DNA of 64,000 nt from an uncultured Pseudomonadota bacterium (GTDB lineage: Bacteria > Oederibacteriota > Muellerivitia > Muellerivitales > Muellerivitaceae), in NCBI GenBank assembly GCA_963843375.1, contig CAWJKT010000004.1:256001-320000 (forward strand), written 5' to 3'. The position numbers and the translations under genes were made by a program. The notes below the pieces were generated by a model. That model was not told the origin of the DNA and searched no databases. It was given only the letters and a program-made list of their open reading frames with translations. Of this stretch, positions 29,663 through 40,580 are shown piece after piece. The number at the start of each line of letters is the position of its first letter. Within the stretch, counting starts at the first letter, position 1.

Positions 29663-30912
29663 CGACCGCACTCGATTCGAAAACTTTATTGCCGATTGCC
29701 TTGGAAAGTTCCGCGTCGGGATTGGATTCGGCCCGGCATAAGGATAAAAAAGACTTGGTCTTTGTAAACCTGGGGCCCAGTCACCCGGCCACGCATGGAA
29801 CTTTAAGGGCCCTCTGCGCCCTGGATGGGGAAACCATCGTTGCGGCGGTAACTGAAATGGGGTACCTTCACCGGGGTTTCGAAAAAGATTGCGAAGTTCA
29901 CACCTTTCAGCAGGTCATTCCCTATACCGACCGGCTTAATTACGTTTCCGCCATCATGAACAACGTTGGCTTCTGCAAGGCCGTGGAGCGCATGTTGAAT
30001 GTTCCGGTGCCGGAAAGGGCGATTTATATCCGTGTGATTACCTGCGAATTGAACCGTATTATCGACCACTTGGTTTCGGTGGGAGCCAACCTGGTGGATA
30101 TCGGTGCCCTTACAAATTTCTGGTATTCCTTCAATGCGAGAGAAAAGGTCTATGACATTCTCGAGAAACTTTGCGGGGCGCGCCTGACATCCAGCTATAC
30201 CAGGCTCGGAGGCCTTTCCCGAGACGTTTATCCCGCTTTCGGAGATGAAGTGAAGATTGTTCTCAAGGAAATCAAAAAAAGCGTGGGGGAGATTCAAGGG
30301 CTTGTTTCCAAGAACCGCATCTTCTTGGACCGTACCAAGGACCTTTGCGTGGTTTCTAAGGAAATGGCGATTTCCTACGGCTGGACGGGACCTACCCTGA
30401 GGGCTTCAGGCGTCGAGTACGACCTGCGCAAGGCCGAACCCTATTACCATTACGAGGATTTCAAGTTTGAAGTTCCAGTGGGGAGCAAGGGCGACATTTA
30501 CGATCGCATCTTCGTGCGGCTTTTGGAGATCGAGGAATCCTCTTCCATCATTGAGCAGGCGCTTCGAAAGCTCCCCAAAGGCCCCATCATAACCGACGAC
30601 AAGCGAGTGGCCTTGCCGCCCAAGCAACAGGCCTACGGCAATATCGAGGGACTCATGAATCACTTCAAAATTATCATGCACGGCATCTGCCCTGAGCCTG
30701 GTGAAATCTACGATTTCACCGAGGCCGCAAACGGTGAGCTGGGTTTTTACGTGGTGGCGGACGGGAGCAAGAATCCCTACCGTGTGAAATGCCGGCCTCC
30801 TTGTTTCATGAATTTCGCCGCTTTCCACGAGATGATCGAGGGAGGAATGATCGCCGACGCGGTGGCGAATTTGGGTTCAATCAATATCATCGCGGGTGAG
30901 TTGGATAGATAA
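29659..30912 (+). CDS. nuoD: NADH-quinone oxidoreductase subunit D
   Basis: NLGPSHPATHG, GYLHRG, YTDRLNY and GELDR motifs. Confidence 0.97.
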   Translation: MTTALDSKTLLPIALESSASGLDSARHKDKKDLVFVNLGPSHPATHGTLRALCALDGETIVAAVTEMGYLHRGFEKDCEVHTFQQVIPYTDRLNYVSAIMNNVGFCKAVERMLNVPVPERAIYIRVITCELNRIIDHLVSVGANLVDIGALTNFWYSFNAREKVYDILEKLCGARLTSSYTRLGGLSRDVYPAFGDEVKIVLKEIKKSVGEIQGLVSKNRIFLDRTKDLCVVSKEMAISYGWTGPTLRASGVEYDLRKAEPYYHYEDFKFEVPVGSKGDIYDRIFVRLLEIEESSSIIEQALRKLPKGPIITDDKRVALPPKQQAYGNIEGLMNHFKIIMHGICPEPGEIYDFTEAANGELGFYVVADGSKNPYRVKCRPPCFMNFAAFHEMIEGGMIADAVANLGSINIIAGELDR

Positions 30913-30929
30913 ACGATCAAAGGATTTTT

Positions 30930-31409
30930 ATGCCGGTAACCTTTAAGCCTGAAGTCGTTAAAGAATTCGAGGGCATTGCTTCCCGCTATCCCCAGCGGCG
31001 AGCGGCCTTGTTACCCGCTCTTTGGCTGGCACAGAGGGAATTCGGGTTCATTTCCGTGGACGCCATGAAAGCCGTGGCTGACTTGGTGGGTTGTTCGCCC
31101 GCCCAGGTTTTGGAAACCGCGAACTTTTACACCATGTATCAAAAGCAAAAGCCGGGTAAATACCACTTACAAGTATGCCAAACCATTTCCTGCCTCTTAA
31201 GCGGGTCGGAAGAGATCAAAAAGAAGATCCAGGAAAAATTGGGAATCAAAAACGGCGAGACCACGAAAGACGGCCAGTTCAGTTACCAGGCCGTGGAATG
31301 CCTGGCCTCCTGCCACACGGCGCCCTGCATGCAAGTAAACGATGATTACCACGAGAACCTGACACCGGAAAGTGTCGAGAATCTGATCGACGAATTAAAA
31401 AAGAAATAA
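30930..31409 (+). CDS. nuoE: NADH-quinone oxidoreductase subunit E
   Basis: CQTISC and ECLASC 2Fe-2S ligands; FYTMY motif. Confidence 0.95.
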   Translation: MPVTFKPEVVKEFEGIASRYPQRRAALLPALWLAQREFGFISVDAMKAVADLVGCSPAQVLETANFYTMYQKQKPGKYHLQVCQTISCLLSGSEEIKKKIQEKLGIKNGETTKDGQFSYQAVECLASCHTAPCMQVNDDYHENLTPESVENLIDELKKK

Positions 31410-31420
31410 CGGAAGAGTAT

Positions 31421-32701
31421 ATGCCTGAATTTGAAGCACAACTGACCAAGCGATTCGGCCTGAAGGACAGCCACACCTTGAAAGTGTTCCTGGAGACGGG
31501 AGGCTACGCCTCCTTGAAAAAGCTTTTCACCAAGAAACCTCCCGAAGTCATCGAGGAAGTAAAGGCATCAGGGCTCAAAGGCAGGGGTGGGGCGGGTTTT
31601 CCCGCAGGGATGAAATGGTCATTCGTACCCCAAAATACCGGGAAGCCCATTTACCTGGCGGTCAACGCCGACGAAAGTGAACCGGGCACTTTTACGGACC
31701 GATTCGTGCTTTTAAATGATCCCCATTTATTAATCGAAGGGATCATTTGCGCCAGCTATGCCATCAACTGCCATACGGCGTATATCTATGTCCGCGGGGA
31801 GTTCTTTGGGCAGATCAAGCGGCTGAACGCAGCCATCGAAGAAGCGAAAAATGCCAATTACCTTGGAAAAAATATTCAGGGATCGGGTTTCGACCTAGAG
31901 GTTTACGTGCACCGCGGGGCAGGGGCTTACATTTGCGGTGAGGAAACCGGACTTTTGGAATCCCTGGAGGGTAAACCCGGGAAGCCCCGTATCAAGCCGC
32001 CTTTTCCGGCGGTGGTGGGATTGTTCGGATGCCCCACTATTATCAATAACGTAAAAACCTTGTCCTCCGTTCCATGGATTATCGTCAACGGCGCCGCCGC
32101 CTATATGGGCATCGGGACCAAGGAATCCGCCGGGACCCACATTTTTGGGCTTTCGGGCCACGTGAACCAGACGGGCTATTGGGAAATGCCCTTCGGACTG
32201 CCCATGATGGAATTTATTGAAAAAAACGGCAAGGGCATGAAGGGTGGAAAGCTGAAAGCCGTCATCCCGGGTGGTTCTTCTTGCCCGGTCTTGACCGCCG
32301 AGGAATGCCAGGATTTGACCCTCACATATGAGAGTATGCGGGACCATAAGACCATGTTTGGCACCGGTTGCGCCATCATCATGAACGAGCATACTGACAT
32401 GGTGAAGGTATTAAAGAATCTTACCCATTTTTATTCCCACGAGTCCTGCGGGCAATGCACGCCCTGCCGGGAGGGAACAGCTTGGGAGGATCGGATCATG
32501 AAAAAAATCCTGGACGGGGAAGCCACGACCAAAGAACTGGAACTGATGCTGGAGATCGCTGACAACATGGAAGGGAAGACGATTTGCGTTTTGTCCGCCG
32601 CTTTGGCCATGCCGGTGAGAAGTTTTCTCAAAAAGTTTAGGGCCGATTTCGAGAAATACTGCAAGCCGGCCTTGGTGGCCGTGCCGGAAGCGGTCTCCTA
32701 A
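31421..32701 (+). CDS. nuoF: NADH-quinone oxidoreductase subunit F
   Basis: GRGGAGFPAG.KW, ADESEPG, GAGAYICGEET and ESCGQCTPCREG motifs. Confidence 0.97.
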   Translation: MPEFEAQLTKRFGLKDSHTLKVFLETGGYASLKKLFTKKPPEVIEEVKASGLKGRGGAGFPAGMKWSFVPQNTGKPIYLAVNADESEPGTFTDRFVLLNDPHLLIEGIICASYAINCHTAYIYVRGEFFGQIKRLNAAIEEAKNANYLGKNIQGSGFDLEVYVHRGAGAYICGEETGLLESLEGKPGKPRIKPPFPAVVGLFGCPTIINNVKTLSSVPWIIVNGAAAYMGIGTKESAGTHIFGLSGHVNQTGYWEMPFGLPMMEFIEKNGKGMKGGKLKAVIPGGSSCPVLTAEECQDLTLTYESMRDHKTMFGTGCAIIMNEHTDMVKVLKNLTHFYSHESCGQCTPCREGTAWEDRIMKKILDGEATTKELELMLEIADNMEGKTICVLSAALAMPVRSFLKKFRADFEKYCKPALVAVPEAVS

Positions 32702-34326
32702 TGGCCAAAATCACCATCAACGGTAAGCCCTTGGAAGTACCGGACGGCACCAATGTTCTGGACGCCGCCATTTCCAACGGAATCCCCCTGGAACATTTTT
32801 GCTACCATTCCTACCTGCCGGTGGCGGGTAACTGCCGCACTTGCATGGTAGAGATCGAGGGCCCCAAGGGCCCCATGCTCACGATTGGCTGCAACACCAA
32901 GGTGGCCGAGGGAATGGTTATTCATACGGAAAGCCCCAAGGCGAAAGCTTCCCAAAAAAGCGCGCTGGAAATGTTGTTGCTCGACCATCCACTCGACTGC
33001 CCCGTTTGCGACAAGGCGGGGGAGTGCAAACTGCAAAACCAATACATGGAATACGGCCTTTACAATTTCCGCCGGGATGTGCCCCGCTACTTCAAAGGCG
33101 GAAAAGCTGAGGATATCGGCGAGCATATCATGCTGGACCAGGAACGCTGCGTGCTTTGCACCCGATGTATCCGTTTCGTGGACGAGGTTCCCAAGACCTC
33201 CGAGTTGGGCATCGTGAACCGGGGGCACGAGTCCAAGATCACCATTTTCCCTGGGGTGAAGCTGGACAATCCCTACTCGGGCAACGTCACTGACATCTGC
33301 CCCGTGGGAGCTCTCACCTTGAAGGAATTCCGTTTCAAGCAACGGGTCTGGTTCCTCAAGAAAACCGAATCCATTTGCCCGGGCTGTGCGCGGGGCTGCA
33401 ATATCACCGTGGAGCAAAACCACGGGCGGGTTTATCGCTTTATGCCCCGGGAGAACGCCGAACTCAATAAGACCTGGATCTGCGATGAGGGTCGGTTTTC
33501 CTTTAACCATTTCCAGGAAAATCGGGTTTCCGAAGTGAGGCTGGGACACGCGAACAGTGATTTTTCTAACGGGATCACCCAATTGGCCAATCTGTTGGAG
33601 GGGGTCTCGCCGGATGAAGTGGCGGGCATCGCTTCCCCCGCGGCGGCGCTCGAAGACAATTACATAATGAAGAAGCTTTTCGAGAAGCGTTTTAAGGTGA
33701 AAAATCTCGCCGCGCCTTTCTGGGGTAAAAAAGGCGAGGAGGACAAAATCCTCAAACTCTCGGATAAGACACCGAATACCCAGGGTCTGAAACTTTTGGG
33801 AATAGATACTGACGGAACGGACCTGCTTTCCCGTATCGAAAAGGGCGAATTTAATGTGGTCATCCTCATGCACAACAATCCCTTCGGCCAGGACGAGGAT
33901 AGAGCCAAGAAAATATACGGAAAAGTGAAGGCTTTGATCGTGCTTTCCGTCCATAAGACCAAAGTCGTCGAGCAGGGCTCAATGGTTTTTCCCATGAGAC
34001 CTTTCACGGAAAAGAATGGAACTTTCGTCAATGCTACCAGCCGTTTACAACGATTTCGCCAGGCCGTTGAACCGGAGAATCCCGACGTGCTTGAAGCTTC
34101 ATTATGGTTTTGCAAATTGGCTAAGGCGCTAAAAGTGGAAGGTTTTGATTTTAAGGACACTCCCTCTATTTTTAACACCATGACCAAAGAAGTGGACTTG
34201 CTAAAAGGACTTACATTCAACTCTATACCTTCCACCGGAAAAGTCCTGGATTTGAAACCTCTAGCGGCCGAACCCTTTCAGGGCGTGAAGGCCCAACCCA
34301 ACGTTTTGGGGAAGGCAAAGGCATGA
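32701..34326 (+). CDS. nuoG: NADH-quinone oxidoreductase subunit G (short, 541 aa)
   Basis: CYH..GNCRTC, HPLDCPVCDKAGEC, CVLCTRC..CPVGAL and CPGCARGC motifs. Confidence 0.93.
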   Translation: MAKITINGKPLEVPDGTNVLDAAISNGIPLEHFCYHSYLPVAGNCRTCMVEIEGPKGPMLTIGCNTKVAEGMVIHTESPKAKASQKSALEMLLLDHPLDCPVCDKAGECKLQNQYMEYGLYNFRRDVPRYFKGGKAEDIGEHIMLDQERCVLCTRCIRFVDEVPKTSELGIVNRGHESKITIFPGVKLDNPYSGNVTDICPVGALTLKEFRFKQRVWFLKKTESICPGCARGCNITVEQNHGRVYRFMPRENAELNKTWICDEGRFSFNHFQENRVSEVRLGHANSDFSNGITQLANLLEGVSPDEVAGIASPAAALEDNYIMKKLFEKRFKVKNLAAPFWGKKGEEDKILKLSDKTPNTQGLKLLGIDTDGTDLLSRIEKGEFNVVILMHNNPFGQDEDRAKKIYGKVKALIVLSVHKTKVVEQGSMVFPMRPFTEKNGTFVNATSRLQRFRQAVEPENPDVLEASLWFCKLAKALKVEGFDFKDTPSIFNTMTKEVDLLKGLTFNSIPSTGKVLDLKPLAAEPFQGVKAQPNVLGKAKA

Positions 34327-35632
34327 TCGATTCCAACCAACTTTTCACTCTCATCAATATCACGGTCATGACCGTGGTGGCCTGGCTGATCCCCCTTCAG
34401 TTTATCCCGGTCTTCATCTGGCTGGAACGAAAGGGAAGCGCCATCATCCAGGACCGAATCGGCCCCAACCGGGCGGAGATTCTGGGTTTCCGTCTTTTCG
34501 GAATGATCCATAATTTCGCCGACGTGGTGAAACTGATGATGAAGGAAAACATCGTGCCCACCCACGTCAACCGTTTCTATTTCATCCTGGCGCCCTTTTG
34601 GTCCATGGCCGTGAGCCTTCTGCCCCTTTTGGTGATTCCCCTGGCCGCGCCGATTGCCTGGGGAGAGCATACGGTCCATTTTCAAGCCGCCGATTTAGGG
34701 GTGGGGATACTCTTCATCCTATCCATCACCAGCATGGGTGTTTTCGGGGTCATGCTGGCGGGCTGGTCCTCCAACAATAAGTTTTCCCTTTTGGGCGGCA
34801 TCCGTTCCTCGGCCCAAATGATTTCCTACGAGCTTTCCATGGGGCTGGCCATCGTGGGGCTTCTGATGGTGTACCAGGACGTCAAATTGAGTTCCATCGT
34901 GGAAACGCAGGGACGGCTTTTGACCGTTTGGGGCCATACATTGCCTTTGCCCAATTGGGGGATTTTCCTTCAGCCGGTCGGGTTCCTTCTTTTTCTCGTG
35001 GCATCCTTCGCCGAGACCAACCGGAACCCCTTCGACTTGGCCGAAGGCGAATCGGAGCTGGTGGCGGGTTACCACGTGGAATATTCCAGCGTGAAGTTCG
35101 CGCTTTTCTTCATGGCTGAATATTCCAACATGGTGGTGGCGGCCTTTGTCATCTCCACCCTCTTTTTCGGAGGGTACCAGGTGCCTTTCGTTTCTACCGC
35201 ATCCTTGACGCAAAATCCGAAACTCACTTTGGGGATTCTTTGCGGTTTGGTGGCTCTGCTGAAGGGAACGGCGGGTCTTTTCTTCCTGAAAGGCGGCAAC
35301 CAACAAAAGCATCTTATATACAGGAGTGAAAAGGGCGAACCCTATATTTGGTCAGGGCTTTGTTTCGCTGTGGCTTTGGGGCCTTGGTTTTTCTGGTGGT
35401 GGGATTGAGCGTGAATTTTACCCCCAGGGCAACGGCGGTCTTGGCCGCCGTGCTTCAATTGATTTGCCTGTCCCTGAAGGTCTTGTTTTTCTGCTGGCTT
35501 TTCGTGTGGGTGCGCTGGACCATGCCCCGGTTCCGTTACGACCAATTGATGAAACTGGGGTGGAAGGTGATGATTCCATTGGCTCTGTTGAACCTGTTGG
35601 TGACGGGCGTGATCGTATTGACTCAAAAGTAA
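34323..35632 (+). CDS. nuoH: NADH-quinone oxidoreductase subunit H (frameshift near G4 35378-35381)
   Basis: [12 protein letters not shown] and [20 protein letters not shown] motifs. The C-terminal [18 protein letters not shown] lies in the next frame. Confidence 0.93.
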
Positions 35633-35642
35633 AGGAAACGAA

Positions 35643-36188
35643 ATGAGAGTCGTTCACCGTCCGGGAATGAAGAACTCGGAAAAAATTTACGTGGTGGAAG
35701 TCGTCAAGGGATTGGCCCTGACCATAGGCCACGTCATTGCATAACTTGTTCGAGCCGAAGGATATGCCCGTGGTGTCCTTCCCCGAGGAGCACAAGGCCT
35801 TGCCCCCGGCCACTCGGGGAAGGCACCGCCTGATGAAGCGGGAGGACGAATCCCCCCGCTGTACGGCCTGCATGCTTTGCGCCACGGCTTGCCCGGCGGA
35901 ATGTATCCATATCAAGGCCGTCGAATCGCCTGATCCCGATGTTGAGAAATTACCCGAGAAATTCGACATCGACATGTTCGCTGCGTTTATTGCGGTTTTT
36001 GCGTGGATGCCTGCCCTTTGGACGCCATCCGCATGGATATTCCCGAGGTGACCGTTGCTGGGTACACTCGGGAGTCCCTGGTGTATCACAAAGAATTTTT
36101 ATTGGATCACGATAACAAGGATGTGGTGCCGAATTACAATCCGCCCCGTCCGGTGCTATGGACCCATGGTCCTCACGCCAAGCCTTGA
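35643..36188 (+). CDS. nuoI: NADH-quinone oxidoreductase subunit I (frameshifts near 35737 and 35978)
   Basis: [12 protein letters not shown] is intact. The second motif [13 protein letters not shown] is restored by adding one base at about 35978. ATG at 35643. Confidence 0.9.
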
Positions 36189-36213
36189 GATTGATTTTAA
36201 GGAAAGGTTGTTC

Positions 36214-36717
36214 ATGATCGAAGCGGTTTTGTTTTATATCCTAGCGGCGGTCTTGGCGGGTTTGGGATTGGTGGTTATCACCCGTACGAATCCCATCGCG
36301 TCGGCGTTGGCCATGGTGGGAGCCTTCGGGGCTCTAGCGGCGCTTTATGCGCTTTTATCGGCAACTTTTGTGGCCATTCTCCAGATCCTGGTTTATGCCG
36401 GAGGCATCATGGTGCTCATCATCTTCGTCATCATGCTCTTGAATCTCCACCCGGACGATCTGAAGCCGATGAAAGCGAAGGGCACCATGGTAGCGCTGGC
36501 CTTGCTTGGAGTCTTAGGCATAGCTTTCGGCCCGGTTTTCCTGGTGGTTTTACCCCAGGGGATTTGGAGACTAGCCGTTTTGCCCCAAGATTTTGGAAGC
36601 ATCTTTAGCGTTGGCGAAAAAATATTTTCCGATTACCTATTCCCATTTGAAATGCTTTCACTGGTGCTTTTAACCGCGGTGGTGGGTGCCTTAATCCTAT
36701 CGAAAAGGAAACTTTGA
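36214..36717 (+). CDS. nuoJ: NADH-quinone oxidoreductase subunit J
   Basis: [18 protein letters not shown] and YLFPFE..S..LL.A.VGA motifs. Confidence 0.95.
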   Translation: MIEAVLFYILAAVLAGLGLVVITRTNPIASALAMVGAFGALAALYALLSATFVAILQILVYAGGIMVLIIFVIMLLNLHPDDLKPMKAKGTMVALALLGVLGIAFGPVFLVVLPQGIWRLAVLPQDFGSIFSVGEKIFSDYLFPFEMLSLVLLTAVVGALILSKRKL

Positions 36718-37034
36718 TGGATCTGTTATTTCCCGTCACCCCCACCCACTATCTCGTATTGTCGGCGGTGTTGTTCGGAATCGGGACGGCCGGGGTATTG
36801 TCCCGAAAGAATTTATTCATCGTCCTGATGTCCCTGGAACTGATGTTGAACGCGGTAAATCTTTCTTTTGTCATTTTCTCCAGGATCAATGGGGACTTAA
36901 CGGGTCACGTGATCGTTCTTTTCGTCGTGGCTGTCGCCGCGGCGGAAGCATGTGTGGGGCTGGCCATCGTAATCGCCATGTATCGGCTGAAAGAAAGCGT
37001 GGATTTGGACCTCTTTAAAGACTTGAAAGGTTAA
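36714..37034 (+). CDS. nuoK: NADH-quinone oxidoreductase subunit K
   Basis: [12 protein letters not shown] and [11 protein letters not shown] motifs. Confidence 0.96.
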   Translation: MMDLLFPVTPTHYLVLSAVLFGIGTAGVLSRKNLFIVLMSLELMLNAVNLSFVIFSRINGDLTGHVIVLFVVAVAAAEACVGLAIVIAMYRLKESVDLDLFKDLKG

Positions 37035-37036
37035 AA

Positions 37037-39019
37037 ATGGGTTTGGACTCTTTTCAATATAAGAACCTTGTCCAATTCGACTGGATATGGCTGATCCTGG
37101 CCGCGCCGTTCCTGGGCACGCTGGTTAACGGTATATTGGTGTTAATCGGCGCCCGCCGGAAAAAGGACATCGTCCCCCCGGGACTTTACGCCACCCTGTC
37201 CTGTGGCGCCGCCATACTTTCCTTCATTGCTGCTTGGTTTACTTTTGTCCACTTTAAGGACTTGCCCGACGGCAGCGTCCTGACCCAGGAACTTTTCGAC
37301 TGGATCGAAGCGGGGACTTTCCATGTGAAGATGAGTTTCGAGTTGGATGCCCTTTCCATGACAATGATCATTTTTATCACTTTTGTTTCCAGCCTGATCC
37401 ACCTTTATTCCATCGGCTACATGAAAGATGACCCAGGGTTCGGCCGTTTTTTCACCTATTTGAACCTCTTCCTTTTTTCCATGCTCGTGCTGGTTATGGC
37501 TCAGAACCTCCTAGTCTTGTTCCTGGGGTGGGAAGGCGTGGGGTTTTGTTCCTACCTTTTAATCGGTTTTTGGTTTGAGGATGAGGCCAAGGCTAACGCG
37601 GGCAAGAAGGCCATTATTGTAAACCGCATTGGGGACGCGGGGTTCCTGGCGGGACTCTTGATTGTATTTGTCCTGGCGGGCACCTTCAATTTCAACGAAC
37701 TACAACTGGGCAAGCACGCCTTCAGCGAATTGTCCGCAACGATCATATGCCTCTGCTTTTTCTTCGGAGCGGCGGGGAAATCGGCCCAAATCCCCCTCTA
37801 TGTCTGGCTGCCGGACGCCATGGCGGGTCCAACACCGGTTTCGGCTTTGATCCATGCGGCTACCATGGTGACGGCGGGTGTTTATTTGGTCGCCAGGTTG
37901 AATTTCCTTTTTGTCCTGGCGCCTTGGGCTTCCACCGTTGTGGCAGTGATAGGTGTTCTTACGGCCCTTCTGGCGGCTACCATCGCCCTGGGGCAGACTG
38001 ACATCAAGAAGGTTTTGGCCTATTCCACCGTTTCCCAACTGGGCTATATGTTTTTGGGCGTGGGTGTGAGCGCCTATGGCGCCGGTATCTTCCACCTGAT
38101 CACCCATGGTTTCTTCAAGGCCTGCCTGTTCCTGGCGGCGGGTTCGGTGATCCACTCCATGAAGGGTGAGCAGGATATCCGCAAAATGGGAGGGTTGTTG
38201 AAACACGTTCCCATGACGAGTATTTCTTTTATGCTGGCCTGGATGGCGATCTCCGGCATTCTCCCTTTTTGCGGAGGATTCAACAGCAAGGACGCCATCC
38301 TTTGGAAAGCCCTGGCCACCCCTAATCCTGTGATTCCTTTCCTGCCTCAAATACTTTACTTCACGGCGCTCTTCACCGCTTTCCTGACAGCCTTTTATAT
38401 GACACGGCTCGTGGTCCTTGTATTCTTTGGTGAATACCGAGGCGATGGGGAGGTTTTCGAGCACATTCACGAGTCCCCGAAAATCATGACGATTCCTTTG
38501 TTCATCCTTGCGATCGGATCGGTAGCTATCGGATGGATTGGAATGCCCGAAGCCATCGGGGGAGGAAATTCCCTGGGAAAGTTTTTGGAACCAATTTTTC
38601 ACCTTTCCACGATCGAGGCCACTAATGTCTCCGCGAAAATGGAACCTTTACTCATGTTGATGTCCTTTTTGGTGGCGGGCTTGGGTGCGGGAATGGCCTG
38701 TTATGTTTACGGCTTGAAACACACCATAAGTCCTCTTCTTCTCAAAATGATTCCCGGCGGAAAGAAAGCCATCGAAAAAAAATACTATGTGGACGAGATA
38801 TACGAGGTGCTGGTCGTACGAATGGTGAGGGGCTTCGCCGAATGGGTTTCCAACCGGCTGGTGGAGCAGATCCTGATCAATCGTCTTGTGGAAGCTTTCG
38901 CTCATGTCGTCGAAACGCTTGCGCGACTTTCGCGAAAATTCCAAGTGGGGTTAGTTCGGGTTTACTTGGCTTATGTGGTGGCGGGTGCGGCTTTATTGAT
39001 TTACCTCATACTTCATTGA
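37037..39019 (+). CDS. nuoL: NADH-quinone oxidoreductase subunit L
   Basis: GWEGVG.CSYLLIGFW, GKSAQIPLYVWLPDAMAGPTPVSALIHAATMV and HGFFKA motifs. Confidence 0.97.
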   Translation: MGLDSFQYKNLVQFDWIWLILAAPFLGTLVNGILVLIGARRKKDIVPPGLYATLSCGAAILSFIAAWFTFVHFKDLPDGSVLTQELFDWIEAGTFHVKMSFELDALSMTMIIFITFVSSLIHLYSIGYMKDDPGFGRFFTYLNLFLFSMLVLVMAQNLLVLFLGWEGVGFCSYLLIGFWFEDEAKANAGKKAIIVNRIGDAGFLAGLLIVFVLAGTFNFNELQLGKHAFSELSATIICLCFFFGAAGKSAQIPLYVWLPDAMAGPTPVSALIHAATMVTAGVYLVARLNFLFVLAPWASTVVAVIGVLTALLAATIALGQTDIKKVLAYSTVSQLGYMFLGVGVSAYGAGIFHLITHGFFKACLFLAAGSVIHSMKGEQDIRKMGGLLKHVPMTSISFMLAWMAISGILPFCGGFNSKDAILWKALATPNPVIPFLPQILYFTALFTAFLTAFYMTRLVVLVFFGEYRGDGEVFEHIHESPKIMTIPLFILAIGSVAIGWIGMPEAIGGGNSLGKFLEPIFHLSTIEATNVSAKMEPLLMLMSFLVAGLGAGMACYVYGLKHTISPLLLKMIPGGKKAIEKKYYVDEIYEVLVVRMVRGFAEWVSNRLVEQILINRLVEAFAHVVETLARLSRKFQVGLVRVYLAYVVAGAALLIYLILH

Positions 39020-39047
39020 ATTGTTCAGTTAAAAAGATTTTGGGAGA

Positions 39048-40580
39048 GTGGTAGTGATTCTATCCATACTTATCGGCCTGCCGGTTCTGGGTGCTTTATT
39101 GGTTGGACTTTTCCCTCCCGCTAAAGTCACCAAAACGCTTTCGCTTCTGGTTTCGGCCACCACTTTTGTATTTTCCTTGTCGCTTTACACCCGTTTCGAT
39201 TCCTCGGATGGCGGTTTCCAATTCAAGGAACAAATGGATTTGATTCCGAATTTCAGTATTCATTATAGTTTGGGATTGGACGGTCTCTCCCTTTGGCTCA
39301 TCCTTTTAACCACCTTTATTACGCCTCTTGTGATACTCGGCAGTTTCACGGGGATTCAAAAGAACATTCGGGGCTTTTATGCCTGTCTGCTTCTTTTGGA
39401 AGCTGCGATGATCGGCACCCTTGCATCCACGGACATCTTCCTTTTTTATCTCTTTTGGGAACTGATGCTGATCCCGGCTTTTTTCCTGATCGGGGTCTGG
39501 GGTGGGCCCAACTGTTTGGGGGCGACGATCAAATTCGTTCTTTTTACGATGCTGGGGTCGCTTTTCATGCTGGTGGCTCTGATTTACGTGACTCATGAAG
39601 TGAAAAGCTTCGATTATGTGAAGATCTTCGAGCACGCTTTTCCGGAAGATGTGCAGTTCTGGTGCTTCCTGGCCTTTGGCCTGGCTTTTCTCATCAAGGT
39701 TCCGATCTTCCCCTTCCACGCTTGGCTTCCCGACGCCTATACCGAAGCTCCGGCGGGTGGCACCGTGATGTTGTCTTCTCTCATGGTCAAATTGGGAGTT
39801 TATGGCCTGCTGCGGTTTTGCATCCCGCTTTTTCCAGACGCGGCTAAGGCTTTCGCACCTTGGATTATGGTGCTGGCCCTTCTCGGGATCGTTCATGGGG
39901 CCTTGATGGCTTCCATCCAAACCAACTTCAAGCGCATGGCCGCTTATTCTTCACTTTCCCATATGGGGATGATCCTTCTTGGCGTTTTCACCTTTTCATT
40001 GATAGGTCTCCAAGGGGGGGTCCTCCAAATGATCGGTCATGGAATCTATATGGCCGGAATATTCCTGTTGATGGGTCTGCTTTATGAACGCCATGCGTCT
40101 CATGAAATGTCCGCTTTCGGTGGAATGGCCAAGGCAACCCCGCTTTTAGCGGCGGCTTTTCTTTGGATGATGCTCTCGGCGGCTGGGCTGCCTGGGTTCG
40201 CTGGTTTTGTGGGAGAAATATTGCTCTTCATTTCTACCTATAAGGCGGCTCCCTTGCTGGCCATCATCGCCATCACGGGGTTTGTCCTTTCAGCCTGGTA
40301 TTTGTTCCATTTTTACGGGAAGGTTTTTTTCGGCCCGCTCAGGAAAGAAAACCAAAAACTTCATGACCTCTCCCTCAGTGAAGGGCTAGCCCTTTTGCCC
40401 CTAGCCTTGGCGGCGCTCTGGATCGGGTTGAATCCCAATTTTTTCCTGGCACCCATGGAGAAGTCCCTTCAAATGAAGGTGATCGAGAAACTCAAACCAC
40501 CCCCACCAATGACCGATTTTGCCGCCCAACAAAGGCGGGTACAAGAAGAAATGGATAAAGATAAGAAGAGGACCCGATAA
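39048..40580 (+). CDS. nuoM: NADH-quinone oxidoreductase subunit M
   Basis: FYLFWELMLIP, KVPIFPFHAWLPDAYTEAP and GLPG..GFVGE motifs. Confidence 0.96.
   Translation: MVVILSILIGLPVLGALLVGLFPPAKVTKTLSLLVSATTFVFSLSLYTRFDSSDGGFQFKEQMDLIPNFSIHYSLGLDGLSLWLILLTTFITPLVILGSFTGIQKNIRGFYACLLLLEAAMIGTLASTDIFLFYLFWELMLIPAFFLIGVWGGPNCLGATIKFVLFTMLGSLFMLVALIYVTHEVKSFDYVKIFEHAFPEDVQFWCFLAFGLAFLIKVPIFPFHAWLPDAYTEAPAGGTVMLSSLMVKLGVYGLLRFCIPLFPDAAKAFAPWIMVLALLGIVHGALMASIQTNFKRMAAYSSLSHMGMILLGVFTFSLIGLQGGVLQMIGHGIYMAGIFLLMGLLYERHASHEMSAFGGMAKATPLLAAAFLWMMLSAAGLPGFAGFVGEILLFISTYKAAPLLAIIAITGFVLSAWYLFHFYGKVFFGPLRKENQKLHDLSLSEGLALLPLALAALWIGLNPNFFLAPMEKSLQMKVIEKLKPPPPMTDFAAQQRRVQEEMDKDKKRTR

Noticed and set aside
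32698..33954. Long antisense ORFs (418 aa opposite nuoG; also 47264-48853 opposite korA and 52791-53705 opposite sdhA)
   Set aside because: Shadow ORFs expected from codon bias opposite well-conserved genes, with no recognisable motifs.
34323..36188. nuoH/nuoI as pseudogenes or programmed frameshift sites
   Set aside because: Only isolated indels, no slippery heptamer-plus-structure, and the rest of the operon is intact. Treated as probable assembly errors.
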